64,000 bases of DNA from a bacterium (GTDB lineage: Bacteria; Zhuqueibacterota; Zhuqueibacteria; Residuimicrobiales; Krinioviventaceae). Numbering within the stretch: position 1 is the stretch's first letter; every line of letters starts with the position of its first letter. A program made the translations under genes and the position numbers. Under the pieces are notes generated by a model, which searched no databases, was not told the origin of the DNA, and saw only the letters and a list, made by a program, of their open reading frames with translations. Shown piece by piece: positions 48,147-57,234 of this stretch. The stretch is from assembly GCA_963675755.2 (NCBI GenBank), contig CAXXMD010000003.1:192001-256000 (forward strand). Reading direction: 5' to 3'.

Positions 48147-48797
48147 ATGGATAAAGATTTGGAAATTCTGAACCAAAAGCTGGACCATATTACTGAACGC
48201 CTGGAAGAGACTGCCAGACGTCAAAAAGAGTTCAAAGAGTTGCAGCATGATTTAACGCCAATCGTGTCCGATCTCTATCAATCCGTTGTAATGGAGCTGG
48301 ATCAGCTTTCTCCTTATTTTACTTATGAAGACATGCTGTATCTGGTCAAAAAACTTGTTCGTAACACCCGCAATATTACAGCTATGGTAGAACAGATGGA
48401 AAATATTTCAGATTTTGTTAAAGATGCAATGCCTCTTTCCAAGCCCTTGTTCCAAACAACGCTCGAAAACCTGAACACTCTGGAGCAAAAAGGTTATTTT
48501 ACACTAGGTCAACAACTATTACAAATAACAGACAAACTCGTAACTTCCTTTGATCCAAAAGAAATTGACAATATGGCTCAAAACATGGATGTCTATATTG
48601 ATCTTTTGAAAAAAGTATCACCAGACAAAATGACTGATAAAGTACAAGAGGCAGTAAAAGCTTATGACTCTGCAAAAGAAGCCAAACCTGCATCCTGGTT
48701 CAAGATACTAAAAGAGTTAAATGATCCCAATGTTAGACGAGAAATTTTCGCATTTATTTCATCGTTTAAAGTGTTAACAAAAGAGTCTCACAATTAA
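48147..48797 (+). CDS. DUF1641-like helical protein accompanying sqr
   Basis: All-helical; LEQKGYF and ILKELNDPNVRR; position directly after sqr. Confidence 0.7.
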   Translation: MDKDLEILNQKLDHITERLEETARRQKEFKELQHDLTPIVSDLYQSVVMELDQLSPYFTYEDMLYLVKKLVRNTRNITAMVEQMENISDFVKDAMPLSKPLFQTTLENLNTLEQKGYFTLGQQLLQITDKLVTSFDPKEIDNMAQNMDVYIDLLKKVSPDKMTDKVQEAVKAYDSAKEAKPASWFKILKELNDPNVRREIFAFISSFKVLTKESHN

Positions 48798-48818
48798 TTA
48801 TAAATGGAGGTATTCACT

Positions 48819-49136
48819 ATGCCGGTTAAACAAATAGCAGGGGTTCAGGTCGACCTTGATGATGAAGGATTCATGATCAATCCCGATCAATGGACTAGAG
48901 AAATAGCCGTTGAACTTGCAAAAGAAGAAGGTATAGATACTCTCACAGACGGTCACTGGAAAATCATTGATTTTGTAAGAAAAGATTCCAAAGAAAAAGG
49001 TCAAATACCTACAATACGCAGAATGAAAAACATAGGTGGCATAGCGACCAAAGATCTTTACGATCTTTTTCCGCAAGGTCCGGCAAAGAAATCTGCAAAA
49101 ATTGCAGGCTATCCTAAACCCAAGGGCTGTGTATAA
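48819..49136 (+). CDS. tusE: TusE/DsrC-family sulfur relay protein (TusE type, single C-terminal Cys)
   Basis: DDEGF...W.REIA, HWKIIDFVR, LYDLFPQGPAKKSAKIAGYPKPKGCV; lacks the second Cys of DsrC; GGAGG before ATG 48819. Confidence 0.88.
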   Translation: MPVKQIAGVQVDLDDEGFMINPDQWTREIAVELAKEEGIDTLTDGHWKIIDFVRKDSKEKGQIPTIRRMKNIGGIATKDLYDLFPQGPAKKSAKIAGYPKPKGCV

Positions 49137-49151
49137 ACAAGGAGACGTTTA

Positions 49152-49631
49152 ATGGCTGATAACGAAAAGTCAAGAATAGAAAAAGTATCGATTGTGATCT
49201 CCCGTGGCTCACTTGATGGAGTTTATCCGGGATTGATTATGGCTAATGGTGCCCGTATGGAAGGTATTGATGCAACAATCTTTTTTACATTCTTTGGGCT
49301 GGAAGCCATTATGAAAAAACGTGCAGACAAACTCAAAGTATCAACTGTAGGGAATCCGGCAATGCACATGCCTACTATGGTTGGAATGCTGCCGGGAATG
49401 TCATCATTTGCAACGAGCATGATGAAAAAAGAAATGGATAAACTGGATATTCCCCCGGTAGGAGAATTTATTGAAATGATCTCTGATACCGGTGCAGATC
49501 TGTTTGCCTGTAAAGCAACCGTAGATATGTTCCATCTTTCAATTGATGACTTTCTCCCCCAGGTTGATGGAATTATCAATGTAGGAGAGTTTTACGAACG
49601 TTCTGCCAACGCGCAGATCATTTTTACATAA
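49152..49631 (+). CDS. DsrE/DsrF/DrsH-like (DsrE2) sulfurtransferase
   Basis: SIVISRGSLDGVYPGLI, FFTFFGL, LFACKATVDMF, AQIIFT. Confidence 0.87.
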   Translation: MADNEKSRIEKVSIVISRGSLDGVYPGLIMANGARMEGIDATIFFTFFGLEAIMKKRADKLKVSTVGNPAMHMPTMVGMLPGMSSFATSMMKKEMDKLDIPPVGEFIEMISDTGADLFACKATVDMFHLSIDDFLPQVDGIINVGEFYERSANAQIIFT

Positions 49632-49633
49632 TC

Positions 49634-49668
49634 AAATGCGGGATGTATTTTCATCCCGCATTTTTTTT
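49634..49668 (+). terminator. Intrinsic terminator inside the sulfur cluster
   Basis: aaatgcgggatg / catcccgcattt plus T8. Confidence 0.85.
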
Positions 49669-49777
49669 GCAATATTGTATTGTTTTTTGTAACTTTACTT
49701 ACTTGCCAAAACTGTTTTCTAAAAATTTACAATTTCAAAAATATGACAAACTAAAGTTAAACGAGTACGGAACGAAA

Positions 49778-51214
49778 ATGAAGAAAAAAGCATTAACATC
49801 TCTATCGATCTTGCTGACAATTATTATTGTCATCACAATCCCGGTAATCTGGTTGTTAAACCCATCTACAGAAGAAAAAGATGCCTGGGCCAATGTACCG
49901 AAAAGATTACCCCAAACTAGTCATGCCGATCTTATAAAGGGCCCCTTTAAAGACGGACCCTCTGTAACCCGGGCGTGTTTAGAGTGTCATCCTGATGCTG
50001 GTGAGCAGGTCATTCACTCTGCGCACTTTACCTGGGAAAGCCCGGCAATACAACTACCCGGTAGAGATAAACCGGTTGTTTTGGGTAAAAAACACGCAAT
50101 GAACAACTTTTGTATTGGTATTACCTCAAACTGGCCTCCTTGTACCGCATGTCACACCGGTTACGGTTGGGAAGACGATTCTTTTGATTTTACCAATCAG
50201 GAACTCATTGACTGTCTTGTCTGTCACGACCATTCCGGACAATATGTAAAATCCAAAGGCGGCTACCCTGCCCCGGATGTAGACCTGGTTGCGGTAGCAA
50301 AAAGTGTTGGCCCCACCACACGAGACAACTGTGGCGGTTGTCATTTTAGAGGTGGCGGCGGTAACGCAGTAAAACATGGTGATCTGGATGAAAGTCTCTA
50401 CAATCCCAATGAGAGTATCGATATCCATATGGGTAAATACAACTTTTTATGCACCGACTGTCACCAGACTGAAAACCACAACATTAAAGGCAGATCCATA
50501 TCTGTAAGTGCCGACAATGAAAATCAGGCTTATTGCACAGATTGTCACGATCAAAAAACGCACAAAGATGAACGTATTAACACACATACAGCTTCGGTTG
50601 CCTGCCAGACTTGTCACATCCCTCATGCCGCAGTCAAAGAAGCAACCAAAATGCATTGGGACTGGTCTGAAGCGGGTAAAGATTTACCCGAGAATCCTCA
50701 CGAATATTTAAAGATCAAAGGTCGCTTTGTATATGAAAAAAATATTCAACCCGATTATTTCTGGTTTAACGGTAATGCCAAACACTATGTAATGGGAGAC
50801 AAAATAGATCCGTCTCAACCCACATTAATGAACGAACCGGATGGCAGCATCAAAGATCCCAATGCCAAAATCTGGCCGTTTAAACTACATACTGCAAAAC
50901 AAATTTATGATCCGGTTAATAATTATTTACTGGTCCCCAAGACCTTTGGTAAAGGCGGTTTCTGGACTGAATTTGACTGGGAAAAAGCGGCTGAACTGGG
51001 TTCCGAGGCAACAGGCCTTGATTACAGCGGCCAATTTGGATTTACCAATACAGTCATGTTCTGGCCCATTACACATATGGTGACATCAAAGGACAAAGCA
51101 CTGCAATGTGTTGATTGTCATGGAGAAAGTGAAAATACAAGAATGGACTGGTCCGCTTTGGGTTACGATGGTGACCCCATGTTGACTGGTGGAAGAAAAA
51201 ATAAAAATCTATAA
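49778..51214 (+). CDS. otr: Octaheme tetrathionate reductase family c-type cytochrome
   Basis: Eight CxxCH motifs (CLECH, CTACH, CLVCH, CGGCH, CTDCH x2, CQTCH, CVDCH); GK...NNFC, CHTGYGW, GGGGNAVKHGDL; N-terminal anchor; the ORF-track start at 49643 lies inside the terminator. Confidence 0.9.
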   Translation: MKKKALTSLSILLTIIIVITIPVIWLLNPSTEEKDAWANVPKRLPQTSHADLIKGPFKDGPSVTRACLECHPDAGEQVIHSAHFTWESPAIQLPGRDKPVVLGKKHAMNNFCIGITSNWPPCTACHTGYGWEDDSFDFTNQELIDCLVCHDHSGQYVKSKGGYPAPDVDLVAVAKSVGPTTRDNCGGCHFRGGGGNAVKHGDLDESLYNPNESIDIHMGKYNFLCTDCHQTENHNIKGRSISVSADNENQAYCTDCHDQKTHKDERINTHTASVACQTCHIPHAAVKEATKMHWDWSEAGKDLPENPHEYLKIKGRFVYEKNIQPDYFWFNGNAKHYVMGDKIDPSQPTLMNEPDGSIKDPNAKIWPFKLHTAKQIYDPVNNYLLVPKTFGKGGFWTEFDWEKAAELGSEATGLDYSGQFGFTNTVMFWPITHMVTSKDKALQCVDCHGESENTRMDWSALGYDGDPMLTGGRKNKNL

Positions 51215-51231
51215 ACCATAAAGGATTCGTA

Positions 51232-53865
51232 ATGCTAAGCAAACGCTTTATATTTATCACAATCTTTTTCGCGCTACTGACAGGCCAGGTTTTTTCCGAA
51301 TCCCTTCACCCGGATGTAAAGCTGCTTGACCAAAACGGTACTCCCGTTATTACCAGTGGTTTACCTGTATCTACAATGAAAACCTGTGGAACATGTCACG
51401 ATGCTGAATATATCGCATCTCACAGTTATCATAGCACCGTTGGTTTTGACAAAAATACAGATAATGAAACAACAGATCCCGGCTTCTTTAACAATTGGGA
51501 CCCTGTCATCTATCATCGCATGATGAATGATGAACTCAAAGATGGCAACCTGGGTCTTGCAAACTGGCTCATGACCTATGGTAAAAGGCACGTGGGTGGC
51601 GGCCCTGCTGAATTCAACCAGGCAATGAAACCGTTGAATGCTCCCAATGCTCAATCAAGTAAAACTGAAAACCACTGGCACAATCCCCAAACAGGTTCAA
51701 TCGAATCCTGGAACTGGCAAAATTCGGGCATAGTAGAGATGAATTGTTTTCTTTGTCACACACCCAATCCCGACAACCAGGCAAGAATGGAAGCGCTTGA
51801 GCAAGGCCACTTTAAATGGGCAAACACGGCAACATTAACCGGTATTGCGGTTAAAAGCGGTGACCGTTATCGCTACAATACCAACAGTATAAATCCGGAT
51901 GGTACTGTAAAACGATCAGTCTTTCAGGTTACAGATCCTTCGAATGAAAATTGCGGTCTCTGTCATGGCTTGGTTAAAGATGATGAATCCAATCCTGTTG
52001 TGCTTACCGAATGTACACCTGAAAATTGGTCTACCATGACTACCGGACAGATTTTCTCGCCGCAACGGATCTCTGACAGCGGATTGAATCTTGAAGATAA
52101 ATCTGATCTGGCTTATGCCTGGGATGTACACGCGGAAAGACTTGTAAATTGTGTGGATTGCCATTTTTCAATCAACAATCCCATCTATTATCAGGAATCA
52201 GCAAAAACCCGTCCTGCTCACCTGAATTTTGATGCACGCCGGATGGATATTGACGATTACCTGTTAAAACCCAGTCACGACTTTGCATTCGGCCCCGGCA
52301 ATCACAATCCTGAAAGCAATACATTTAGCAACAATATGAGAAGATGCGAGTCTTGCCATAATATTGAGGCAACACACGATTGGTTACCTTACAAAGAAAG
52401 ACATATGCAAACCATGATATGTGAATCCTGCCACATTCCTCATATTCGCTCAACTGCCAAACAGACTGTTGACTGGACAATGATTCATCCGGATGGCACA
52501 CCAAGAACCGAGTGCAGAGGTACGGATGCGTCTGCACCCAACAGCAATACATTATTAAAAGGATATCAACCCGTACTTTTGGGTCGTGTTGAACCGGATG
52601 GAAGCTCTCGCCTTGCTCCCTATAACCTGATCACTTCATGGTTTTGGGTACAGGGTGAAAATGAAGCACCTGTATTATTAAGCGATCTGAAAAAAGCGCT
52701 GTTAAATGGTGATGCTTTTGACTCTCAGATTGTCAAGTTCCTGGATGCTAATCAAAATGGTTCTCTTGAAGACAGTGAAATGGTGTTAAATTCTACTGAA
52801 AAAATAGAGTTTATAAAATCCCGACTTTCATCTATCGGATTGACCAATTTTGCAATCAAAGGTGAAGTGAATCCTTACGGATTACACCACAATGTTACAC
52901 ATGGTGACTGGACAACCCGTACATGCGAATCCTGTCACAGTAACAAATCTAAAATATCTCAACCCATGGTTCTTGCAAGCAGCTTTCCCCCGGTTGTTCC
53001 GCAAATGATCAATCGTGGATCAATAATACCCAAAGGCAAAGTCATCACAAAAAATAAAGTGCTGGTCTTTAAACCAGCACCGGATAGGAATGGATATTAC
53101 ATTTTGGGTCACGACAAAAGTATGGTTGCCCAGGTTATCGGCGCGTTAATATTCATATCCGTCATAATTGGTATTGCCATTCATGCAACACTGCGTGTAA
53201 TTGCAACGGCAAAACACACACATGAAAAAGGACCCTTTAAAAGCATATACATGTACACCGTTTATGAAAGGTTCTGGCATTGGATGCAGGCAATAGCCAT
53301 TATTGGTTTAATTTTTACAGGCTTGACTATCCACTCTCCATTGGTATTCAAGTTCATGCCCTTCCATGTTGCGGTAATTATTCACAATGTACTGGGTTTT
53401 ATTTTACTGGGTAATGCCTTTTTGGCTGCATTTTATCATTTTTCAAGTGGTAAAATCAAAAACTATTTGCCCGAACCCAAAGGATTTTTCAGTCAGGCTA
53501 TAGATCAAACCCTGTTTTACATCAAGGGCATTTTCAAAGGCCAGCCTCACCCCTTTGAAAAAGATATTGATAAAAAACTGAATCCATTACAAAAGATAAC
53601 TTATCTTATTATATTGAATGCATTGCTTCCTATACAAATCATTACCGGCATTCTGATCTGGGGAGCACAAAGATGGCCGGCATTGGCAGAATCGTTAGGT
53701 GGATTGCTTATATTGGTTCCCTTACACTCTTTGGTCGCGTGGTTCTTTGCTGCTTTTCTCATGCTGCATATTTATTTAACCACTACCGGTTACACACCCA
53801 CATCAGCTATTCAGGCAATGATAATCGGATGGGAAAAAGTTCATACAAATCATAATGGAGATTGA
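51232..53865 (+). CDS. Seven-heme OTR-like cytochrome c fused to a C-terminal membrane cytochrome b (PhsC/HyaC-like)
   Basis: Signal peptide; CGTCH, CFLCH, CGLCH, CVDCH, CESCH x3; YERFWHW, IIHNVLG, KLNPLQKITY, LHSLVAW, MLHIYLTTTG. Confidence 0.85.
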   Translation: MLSKRFIFITIFFALLTGQVFSESLHPDVKLLDQNGTPVITSGLPVSTMKTCGTCHDAEYIASHSYHSTVGFDKNTDNETTDPGFFNNWDPVIYHRMMNDELKDGNLGLANWLMTYGKRHVGGGPAEFNQAMKPLNAPNAQSSKTENHWHNPQTGSIESWNWQNSGIVEMNCFLCHTPNPDNQARMEALEQGHFKWANTATLTGIAVKSGDRYRYNTNSINPDGTVKRSVFQVTDPSNENCGLCHGLVKDDESNPVVLTECTPENWSTMTTGQIFSPQRISDSGLNLEDKSDLAYAWDVHAERLVNCVDCHFSINNPIYYQESAKTRPAHLNFDARRMDIDDYLLKPSHDFAFGPGNHNPESNTFSNNMRRCESCHNIEATHDWLPYKERHMQTMICESCHIPHIRSTAKQTVDWTMIHPDGTPRTECRGTDASAPNSNTLLKGYQPVLLGRVEPDGSSRLAPYNLITSWFWVQGENEAPVLLSDLKKALLNGDAFDSQIVKFLDANQNGSLEDSEMVLNSTEKIEFIKSRLSSIGLTNFAIKGEVNPYGLHHNVTHGDWTTRTCESCHSNKSKISQPMVLASSFPPVVPQMINRGSIIPKGKVITKNKVLVFKPAPDRNGYYILGHDKSMVAQVIGALIFISVIIGIAIHATLRVIATAKHTHEKGPFKSIYMYTVYERFWHWMQAIAIIGLIFTGLTIHSPLVFKFMPFHVAVIIHNVLGFILLGNAFLAAFYHFSSGKIKNYLPEPKGFFSQAIDQTLFYIKGIFKGQPHPFEKDIDKKLNPLQKITYLIILNALLPIQIITGILIWGAQRWPALAESLGGLLILVPLHSLVAWFFAAFLMLHIYLTTTGYTPTSAIQAMIIGWEKVHTNHNGD

Positions 53866-53871
53866 TAATAA

Positions 53872-54402
53872 ATGAAAACCAATCAAATTGAAAACGGAAA
53901 ACCGTATATGAATCCCTACCTGGCAGGAACCCTGCTTGGGATCGTACTCTTTTTAGCGTTTTTTATCACAGGGAACGGATTGGGTGCATCCGGTGGAATT
54001 AACAGAATCTTACTCTATGTTGAAGACGCGGTAGCGCCTGCTCATGTAGACCATGTGCCCTATTTATTAAGCATGGCCGGTGGAGATAAAAATCCCCTGG
54101 ATCATTGGATCGTCTTTTTAACAATTGGCACCTTGATTGGAGGCTTTATCTCCGGCCTGATCCACAAACGGGTAAAATTGAAAACAGCCAAAGGCCCCAA
54201 TATTACCAACTGGCAGCGCTGGGTATTGGCGTTTGCGGGAGGTATATTTATGGGGTATGGCGCCAGAATGGCGCGAGGCTGTACTTCCGGTCAGGCACTC
54301 TCCGGAGGAGCGGTATTGTCTGCCGGAAGCTGGGCGTTCATGTTTGCGGTTTTTGCAGGTGGTTACGCGGTTGCATGGTTTGTTAGAAAAATCTGGAATT
54401 AA
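53872..54402 (+). CDS. YeeE/YedE sulfur-compound transporter (half-size)
   Basis: NPYLAG, GLGASG, GYGARMARGCTSGQALSG. Confidence 0.88.
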   Translation: MKTNQIENGKPYMNPYLAGTLLGIVLFLAFFITGNGLGASGGINRILLYVEDAVAPAHVDHVPYLLSMAGGDKNPLDHWIVFLTIGTLIGGFISGLIHKRVKLKTAKGPNITNWQRWVLAFAGGIFMGYGARMARGCTSGQALSGGAVLSAGSWAFMFAVFAGGYAVAWFVRKIWN

Positions 54403-54420
54403 AAAAGGACGGATAAAAAA

Positions 54421-55647
54421 ATGGCACCTTTCCCTATAGATGCAATTCTTGGTAAATTCGGAGCGTATCTGATCTACTTGTTGATCGGAGTTGGCTTTGG
54501 CTCTGTTTTAGAAATGGCAGGTTTTGCCCACTCGCCCAAACTTGCCGCTCAATTTTATTTCAAAGACATGACGGTACTAAAAGTCATGTTTACTGCAATT
54601 ATTGTTGCAATGACACTCATATTTCTCTCATCAGGCTTTATGATGCTCGACTTTGACAAGTTGTGGGTGAACCCTACCTACCTCTGGCCCGGCATTATAG
54701 GCGGATTGATTATGGGTGTAGGTTTTATAATTGGTGGATTTTGTCCCGGAACATCACTGGTTGCGTTAGCTACCTTGAGAGTAGACGGTTTCTTTTTTGT
54801 ACTGGGCGCAACCACAGGTATCTTTATTTTTGGTGAAACGGTAAGCAATTATACAGGTTTCTGGACATCTTCCTACCTGGGACGAATTATACTGCCAGAA
54901 GTCTTTCACGTTCATACTGGCGTAATTGTACTGCTCGTCATTCTCATGGCTCTCTTTATGTTTAAAGGTGGAGAGATGCTTGAAGCTGCTATTGGAAAGA
55001 AAACAATCACAAAATCAAAATGGAAAGTTGCAGGTGCCTCTGCCCTTGTTGTCTTGTCATTGTTGGGCATTGTGATTGGTCAACCTTCTGTACAGGACAA
55101 GTGGGAAATGGTCTCCAAAACCAAACAGGCACTTTTGGATGATCGCCAGGTACAAATTCATCCCGGTGAATTGCTTGACCTGATGTATGATGACAGCAAA
55201 AATCTGGTTTTGCTGGACGTACGGCCGGAAAAAGACTATAATATATTCCACATAAAAAACGCGAAAATGGTTGAATTAAATGAAATACCACAATACGCTT
55301 CAGAACTACTGCATGAACCAGCCAATACGGTAATTGTAACTATATGCAATAATGAAAAATTGTCTACTATTGCATGGCAGTGGTTAACCGCGCTAAACGT
55401 TCCCAATGTATATATTCTTGAAGGTGGCATTAACAACTGGCTTGATATTTTCGGGCATGAAGGTCATGAGAATTGTTATACCGTTAAAGACAAAGACGAT
55501 ACTTCTTTACGGCATATTTTCAACTCAGCATTAGGATCACGTTACGAAGCGGCAGAGCCGGAACCGGAACACCAGGAATCAAAACTGTTATTTGAACCCA
55601 AAGTAAAAATTGCCACCCAGGTAAGACGTCAAGGTGGTTGCGGATAA
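54421..55647 (+). CDS. YeeE/YedE transporter fused to a rhodanese domain
   Basis: GFGSVLE.AGF, FYFKDMTVLKVMF, GGFCPGTS; LLDVRP...FHIKNA, IVTIC, YILEGGINNW; C-terminal GGCG. Confidence 0.88.
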   Translation: MAPFPIDAILGKFGAYLIYLLIGVGFGSVLEMAGFAHSPKLAAQFYFKDMTVLKVMFTAIIVAMTLIFLSSGFMMLDFDKLWVNPTYLWPGIIGGLIMGVGFIIGGFCPGTSLVALATLRVDGFFFVLGATTGIFIFGETVSNYTGFWTSSYLGRIILPEVFHVHTGVIVLLVILMALFMFKGGEMLEAAIGKKTITKSKWKVAGASALVVLSLLGIVIGQPSVQDKWEMVSKTKQALLDDRQVQIHPGELLDLMYDDSKNLVLLDVRPEKDYNIFHIKNAKMVELNEIPQYASELLHEPANTVIVTICNNEKLSTIAWQWLTALNVPNVYILEGGINNWLDIFGHEGHENCYTVKDKDDTSLRHIFNSALGSRYEAAEPEPEHQESKLLFEPKVKIATQVRRQGGCG

Positions 55648-55677
55648 AAAAAAAGCCCTTTAAAAAGGGCTTTTTTT
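55646..55677. terminator. Bidirectional intrinsic terminator
   Basis: aaaaaaaagccctt-taaa-aagggctttttt between convergent genes. Confidence 0.85.
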
Positions 55678-56272
55678 ATTTCAAAGGTTGTACAGGAATT
55701 CCTCGCCTGAATACCCTGATTTTTCCATTATCAAAATTCAATTTTAATGATAAAAGCAGCATTTGTGCCAGAGGATCTTTATCTGCATTATACGCATTCA
55801 CCATAACACCAAAACGTACAGATTTCGATTGTCCCGATTCTATCAGCAAATTAACATCTGCCTGGGTATCAAAATTTTGTTCTGCTAATGATTTTATTAA
55901 CCGGGGATTTTGCTGAATTTCGCTTATGGATGGTTTTACAAGAAAAGCTTTGCTGGATAGATTAACATCCAGAATTTTTTGTCCCGCTAAAGGAATCAAA
56001 AATCCTGCACCATCAGAAATCTTTTCAATGGATTTTAAAGAAAAACTGGCTGGTCCCTGATTTGTGATGCTTGTTTCATATATGGCTAAAAATGCCCACG
56101 ATTGTGAAGCTTCATCGTAAACCGGTGTCATCAATGTGTTACGTTCTTCAAGTTCAATATCAGCAAGCGCCAATTGATAAGCCAGGTTTGCTTTTAACAA
56201 ACCCAGTACGGCAATACTCAGGGCTATAATAGCAATAGCGTATAATGTGATCGTTTTCCATTTCATCAACAA
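55676..56272 (-). CDS. Hypothetical protein with an N-terminal membrane anchor
   Basis: 198-aa ORF, GGAG RBS, hydrophobic N-terminus; no family recognised. Confidence 0.65.
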   Translation of the reverse strand: MLMKWKTITLYAIAIIALSIAVLGLLKANLAYQLALADIELEERNTLMTPVYDEASQSWAFLAIYETSITNQGPASFSLKSIEKISDGAGFLIPLAGQKILDVNLSSKAFLVKPSISEIQQNPRLIKSLAEQNFDTQADVNLLIESGQSKSVRFGVMVNAYNADKDPLAQMLLLSLKLNFDNGKIRVFRRGIPVQPLK

Positions 56273-56320
56273 ATCTCCGTTTTAGAATTTTAATAATATA
56301 GGAAAACGAAAAATAAATTC

Positions 56321-57148
56321 CTATTTTATTAATAATATTTTATGAACTGCAAACATCTGCCCCAAATTGACGCGCACATAATACACACCGGATGGAACAG
56401 AATTCCCGTCCATATCAACACCAGACCATAAATATTCATACGAACCCATTTCAAGCTTTCCAAAATTATGAAACGAAATCCTTTTACTTGAAACATCATA
56501 AATTTCAAGATGTACATTTTCACTTTTAGAAATATCAAAATGTATCCGCGTTGAACTGTTGAAAGGATTTGGATAGTTCCTGACAACCAGATTCTGGCTA
56601 ACCGGATATTCCGGTTCTTTAATTTTTGTATCGATATTCCGTACAACTGCACGGAGGAGAAAATCAAGATCTTCTCTCAGCCACCAGCTTCAGCAGTCGG
56701 TATCGTAAGAATGTAGACTTATGGGTTCCTGATCATCAACACCAATTGCAAAAAAGCTGTTCGGGTTTTGTGATAGAACAAAAAAGAAATCATTATCAAC
56801 ATTGATATCCAAAGCACTGAGATCATATTCATTCCATCCGACATGCCCACCAGATATTACAAACGGATCAACGAGATCATTTCCATCCCAGGGTTTACCA
56901 TCCAAATCAGCAGGTAATATTGACAACTTGAATGCCGTAGTCTCATTTACTTCGGGCATATAATATTTAATTTTTATCAATTTTGCGGGATATTGGGACG
57001 GAGAGAATTTTGTAACGACATATATACCATTTTGTCCCATAATAAATGAATCATGAGCAATGCCATCGTCATAATAAAGCTCTTCATCTGCAAAAGAAAT
57101 TGAAAAAAGAGTTAAAACCAACAGACACATCAAAAAAACTTTGTTCAT
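56321..57148 (-). CDS. Secreted CTD-bearing protein with an in-frame TGA at codon 153 (candidate selenoprotein, or nonsense-split gene)
   Basis: GAGGA RBS; signal peptide MNKVFLMCLLVLTLFSISFA; ...HSYDTDC-TGA(56690-56692)-SWWLREDLDFLLRAVV... stays in frame through RNYPNPFN...WSGVDMDGNSVPSGVYY...KILLIK to TAG at 56321-56323. Confidence 0.8.
56654..56678 (-). promoter_or_regulatory. Hairpin 11 nt downstream of the in-frame UGA (SECIS candidate)
   Basis: GAGAGAAGAUCUUGAUUUUCUCCUC: 8-bp stem GAGAAGAU/AUUUUCUC closing a CUUG loop. Confidence 0.45.
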
Positions 57149-57180
57149 CGAATCCTCTCTGTAAAATTTCTGATAAAAAC

Positions 57181-57208
57181 ACCAAAGGCCCCATAAGGGG
57201 CCTTTGGT
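57181..57208 (-). terminator. Stem-loop terminator after the PorV-family gene
   Basis: accaaaggcccc-ataa-ggggcctttggt followed on the minus strand by gttttt. Confidence 0.8.
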
Positions 57209-57234
57209 TATTAACAACTCATTCGAAAATGAGA

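Noticed and set aside
48819-49136. DsrC as evidence of dissimilatory sulfite reduction
   Set aside because: Only the terminal Cys is present (TusE type), and there is no dsrAB in the window.
56329-56667. 112-aa minus-strand ORF in the track
   Set aside because: Wrong frame. The CTD-encoding frame is the continuation of 56690..57148 through the TGA.
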